DNA of 64,000 nucleotides from Chlorobiota bacterium (GTDB lineage Bacteria; Bacteroidota; Ignavibacteria; Kapaibacteriales; UBA961): NCBI GenBank assembly GCA_039810485.1, contig JBDHXA010000002.1, positions 8,597 to 72,596 of the forward strand, read 5' to 3'. Shown piece by piece: positions 60,763 to 64,000 of this stretch (position 1 is its first letter; each line of letters starts with the position of its first letter). The notes under the pieces were generated by a model. It saw only the letters and a program-made list of their open reading frames with translations, ran no database searches and was not told where the DNA came from. The position numbers and the translations under genes were made by a program.

Positions 60763-63700
60763 ATGATTTATAAAGCTAGGCATTTATTATTTTCTCTGCT
60801 CATTGTTTGCGCTGCACTCTTAGCTCAATATATTCCGTTAAAATCGCAGACGACAAATATTTCGGGTATAATTAACTCGTATGCCAAAGTTTCTTCTATT
60901 GATTATTGCGGTCGTAAAATATCGGTGGAATCGTCGGTTGGGTTTTTAGCAGGAGATAGAGCTCTTCTCATTCAAATGAAAGGTGCAATTCAAGATTCTT
61001 CCAGCACTGATTCTTCCGTTTATGGCAAAATCTATAATTATGGAACAACCGGTAATTTTGAATTTGTCACTATTGAATCAGTTGCAACTTCTTCAATTTT
61101 TATACGCGAGATTTTAACACGAAATTATGAGCCAGCGAGTGGCGTTCAGCTTGTAAAAATGCCCAAATATGTAACTGCGATTGTATCCGGTGTTTTGACT
61201 TGTCCGCCATGGAACGGAGCAACCGGCGGCATTATTGCATTAGAGGCAACAGGCGCAATTGATATGCAGGGAGGCGCCATAGAAGCAAGCGGCAAAGGAT
61301 TTCGCGGCGGCAGAACAAATTCTACAAGAACAATGCTTTCCGATATTTTCGATATGAACGCCAGATATGAAAGCGGTCGTTCAGGCGAAAAAGGCGAATC
61401 AATCACAGAGTATTATTTCGAACGTCAGGCAGGAAGATCAGCTATTGCAAATGGCGGAGGCGGAGGAAATGCTCTTGGCAGCGGAGGCGGAGGCGGAGGA
61501 AATGGCGGAAATGGCGGAAATGGCTCGGGCGAATACGAAGGCTCTCATGGCTTGCCATTTGGCGGAATTGGCGGACATAACCTTGTGTTTTCTAATGGAA
61601 TAACACGTGCGTTTATGGGCGGCGGAGGCGGAGGTGGACATCAAAACGTAAATAATGGCTCTGACGGCGGAAGAGGAGGCGGAATTGTTATTCTTAAAAC
61701 AAATGTATTCGTGGGACGCGGAAACCCTATCTATGCAGACGGAATTTCAGCTGCAAATAGCGATGCGAGTGGCGCCGGAGGCGGAGGTGCTGGCGGCACG
61801 GTAATAATCGAAGCAGATGTTTTTGCATCATATCCCGCTGTATATGCGCGTGGTGGCAACGGCGGCAATTCTATAGCAAATGAGCAATACGGCACAGGCG
61901 GCGGTGGAGGCGGCGGCTTTATTTGTTATAGCTTATCGGCAGATGAAGACAGCATTCATGTAAAAATTGAAGGCGGACACGCAGGCATTTCAAGTGTTTC
62001 AAATACACCGCGCAATGCGTCCAACGGGTCAAACGGCTCTGTACAACGCGGTTGTGTCGTGCCAATCAATCCGATTGCCGGCTTAACTGCCGCAACAATC
62101 TCTGACACATCAGTTTGTTACGGCTCAGCAGTACGACTTGACGCAACTCCTTTTGGCGGCCGTCCACCATACAGATTCCGCTGGGAGCCGGCTGCGATTG
62201 CTTCGAATCCAAATGCAAAAACCACAAGCGCAATTCTAACTAAAGAAACCGAATTTCGCGTTACGATAACTGATTCGCTTGGCTGTCAGACGGAAGGCAG
62301 ATTTGTTGCAAGAATTTTCGATGCGCCTACTGTTTTTGCAGGCAATGACGCAGGCGTATGCCAAGGCGGAAGCGTTGCTCTGCACGGAAGCGGACGCGGC
62401 AGATTTCATTGGTCGCCAGAAGTCGGACTAAGCTCGACAAACTCGCCATCAACAATTGCAACGCCATTACAAACAACAACCTACACTTTAACCCTTACAG
62501 ATGACAACGGCTGTACGGCAACGGACAGCGTTACAATAACTGTCAACTCTCCTCCTACTGTTTCACTTCCTGCATCTGCAAGCGTGTGCATTGGCGGCTC
62601 AATAAATATTACGGCAAATGTAACAGGCGGGAAACCGCCGTATAGCTATGCTTGGTCGCCTAATATTGGAAGCGGTCCTACTGTAACCGCACATCCTGAA
62701 TCTGCTGCTCGATATGATGTAACTGTCAGCGATGCTAATGGTTGTGAAAACAACGCAAGCATTATTATAACAATTGCACCTACTCCAGAGGCCAACGCCG
62801 GAAGTGATCAGACAATTTGCGCCGGCGACACAACAAGATTGCAAGGATCTGGCGGAGTACGAAGAAAATGGCAGCCAAACTCCGGCATTGACGACGTGCT
62901 TTCTGACAATCCCAAAGCTTTCCCTCAACAAACAACTTCGTATATTTTAGAAACGGAAAGTGCTGAAGGATGCACTAACAAGGATACAGTAACAATTACT
63001 GTTCTACCCGCACCTGCAAAGCCAACCATCACACAGCATGACGATACGCTATTTTGTTCGGCTGCCGAATCGTATCAATGGCTATATTACGGCGTTTCCT
63101 TGCCCGGCGAATCAGGACAAATGCTCATAGTGCAACAAGCAGGCAAATATTCAGTTAGCACAAGACAAGGGATATGCACAGCAGTTTCAGATCCTATTGA
63201 CGTTATAATCGGACAAGCGACTCTATGCATGGACAGCTATGATGGTGACCCGGGAAACGTTGTCGAGATGGAAATTCGATTGTGCAATCCTGAATTAGTC
63301 GTTGAGTCAAAAGCAAAAGAAATAGAAACTTATCTTATGTTCAACGCTTCGCTTCTTCTGCCGCTCGATGATTTTTATTTAGACAATTCAGTTGTTTCAG
63401 GTACAAGAATACTACATTTAAAAATGCCTATTTCTCCCGGAACTCCAACGTCGTTAAAGAAACTTCGATTTCGAGTTGGGCTTGGCAATGATACAGTAAC
63501 AGATATTCGTATGTATGAATATCGATCGCTTGGCGGTAAAATTCGCCTTGAATCCAAACCCGGCAAATTCTATCTTTCAGGAATTTGCAATGAAGGAGGA
63601 GCACGTGTTTGGCGTTCTGGCATTTCCACTTCACTTCTTGCGGTCAGTCCACAACCGGCAGAAGATGTCATTCGAGTTGATTATCAATTAGCCGCCGCAA

Positions 63701-63882
63701 CTTCTGTGGAGTGGTCGCTGACCGACTATCTTGGACGACGCATTTTCACAGAGAAGCAGACGGTAAAGACAGCAGGTTTTAACACATCTTTGCTAGAGCT
63801 AAGCAATCTGCCTCGCGGCATTTATCAGCTTCGGCTTGACACAGGCGCGAAATCTGCCGTAATGCCTATTGTTTTACAGTAA
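60763..63882 (+). CDS. Large secreted surface protein: N-terminal domain, Gly-rich beta-solenoid-like region, about 5 SprB/Ig-like repeats (GG.PPY.Y.W) and a T9SS C-terminal sorting domain.
   Basis: Signal peptide. The Gly-rich segment alternates G-runs with short beta-strands (IVILKTNVF, TVIIEADVF). Repeats containing Cys pairs and GGRPPYRFRWEP / GGKPPYSYAWSP. CTD …GIYQLRLDTGAKSAVMPIVLQ. Confidence 0.6.
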   Translation: MIYKARHLLFSLLIVCAALLAQYIPLKSQTTNISGIINSYAKVSSIDYCGRKISVESSVGFLAGDRALLIQMKGAIQDSSSTDSSVYGKIYNYGTTGNFEFVTIESVATSSIFIREILTRNYEPASGVQLVKMPKYVTAIVSGVLTCPPWNGATGGIIALEATGAIDMQGGAIEASGKGFRGGRTNSTRTMLSDIFDMNARYESGRSGEKGESITEYYFERQAGRSAIANGGGGGNALGSGGGGGGNGGNGGNGSGEYEGSHGLPFGGIGGHNLVFSNGITRAFMGGGGGGGHQNVNNGSDGGRGGGIVILKTNVFVGRGNPIYADGISAANSDASGAGGGGAGGTVIIEADVFASYPAVYARGGNGGNSIANEQYGTGGGGGGGFICYSLSADEDSIHVKIEGGHAGISSVSNTPRNASNGSNGSVQRGCVVPINPIAGLTAATISDTSVCYGSAVRLDATPFGGRPPYRFRWEPAAIASNPNAKTTSAILTKETEFRVTITDSLGCQTEGRFVARIFDAPTVFAGNDAGVCQGGSVALHGSGRGRFHWSPEVGLSSTNSPSTIATPLQTTTYTLTLTDDNGCTATDSVTITVNSPPTVSLPASASVCIGGSINITANVTGGKPPYSYAWSPNIGSGPTVTAHPESAARYDVTVSDANGCENNASIIITIAPTPEANAGSDQTICAGDTTRLQGSGGVRRKWQPNSGIDDVLSDNPKAFPQQTTSYILETESAEGCTNKDTVTITVLPAPAKPTITQHDDTLFCSAAESYQWLYYGVSLPGESGQMLIVQQAGKYSVSTRQGICTAVSDPIDVIIGQATLCMDSYDGDPGNVVEMEIRLCNPELVVESKAKEIETYLMFNASLLLPLDDFYLDNSVVSGTRILHLKMPISPGTPTSLKKLRFRVGLGNDTVTDIRMYEYRSLGGKIRLESKPGKFYLSGICNEGGARVWRSGISTSLLAVSPQPAEDVIRVDYQLAAATSVEWSLTDYLGRRIFTEKQTVKTAGFNTSLLELSNLPRGIYQLRLDTGAKSAVMPIVLQ

Positions 63883-64000
63883 TATCCATAGCAATCTAAT
63901 TTTTTTCTTTCAATTTATCATAACCGACATAAGTATCAATATTTTTAAGCTATATGGAATCATTTTTTACACATAACGCTCTATATGTAGTCCTATTGGT

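Noticed and set aside
61146-61644. Three small ORFs (68-86 aa) on both strands
   Set aside because: They are generated by the GC-rich (ggcgga)n codon runs encoding the Gly-rich region of the 1039-aa protein. Their translations are Ala/Ser/Pro homopolymer-like.

Overview
This 64 kb window looks like a chromosomal segment from a low-GC (about 40 %) Gram-negative bacterium. Several large secreted proteins end in T9SS-type C-terminal sorting domains, and a PorX-like REC+PglZ response regulator, a MotB and a sigma-54 activator are also present. That combination points to the FCB group, with an Ignavibacteria/Bacteroidota-like organism the best guess; this is inference, not a search result. Gene density is high, both strands are used, and I see no rRNA, tRNA, CRISPR, transposase or integrase.

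Housekeeping genes: ccmC/ccsA-family (5' partial), a THUMP RNA methyltransferase, ndk, a NUDIX hydrolase, gyrB, plsC, gdh, hppD, a hisC-family aminotransferase, a phosphohexomutase, maf, gpmA-like, ctpA, tsaE, tatD, a gamma-carbonic-anhydrase-like protein and a GCS2/YbdK ligase.

Regulators: a 1415-aa multi-PAS hybrid histidine kinase, a receiver protein with a degenerate HD-GYP domain, a sigma-54 activator with no sensor domain, and the PorX-like regulator.

T9SS cargo candidates: a CRTAC1/ASPIC-like FG-GAP protein, a PPAD/agmatine-deiminase-like protein, an S8 subtilase and a 1039-aa Gly-rich repeat protein.

The most unusual items:
- A succinyl-CoA synthetase alpha subunit fused in frame to about eight canonical AT-hooks (RGRPKGS), encoded by near-identical 90-bp tandem DNA repeats.
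- A stand-alone methionine-synthase reactivation (AdoMet) domain clustered with a ferredoxin and an FNR-type 2Fe-2S reductase.
- A glycan-modification locus built around a 989-aa enzyme that joins glycosyltransferase, methyltransferase, TPR and FkbM-methyltransferase domains, alongside WxcM-cupin and TylF-methyltransferase genes.
- A 50-bp tandem repeat array carrying a GTGCGCAC palindrome in the promoter region of the PPAD-like gene.
- A TatD ORF fused in frame, at an A7T5 homopolymer, to a downstream outer-membrane beta-barrel gene that still carries its own signal peptide.
- An NYN-nuclease/cold-shock-domain fusion protein.
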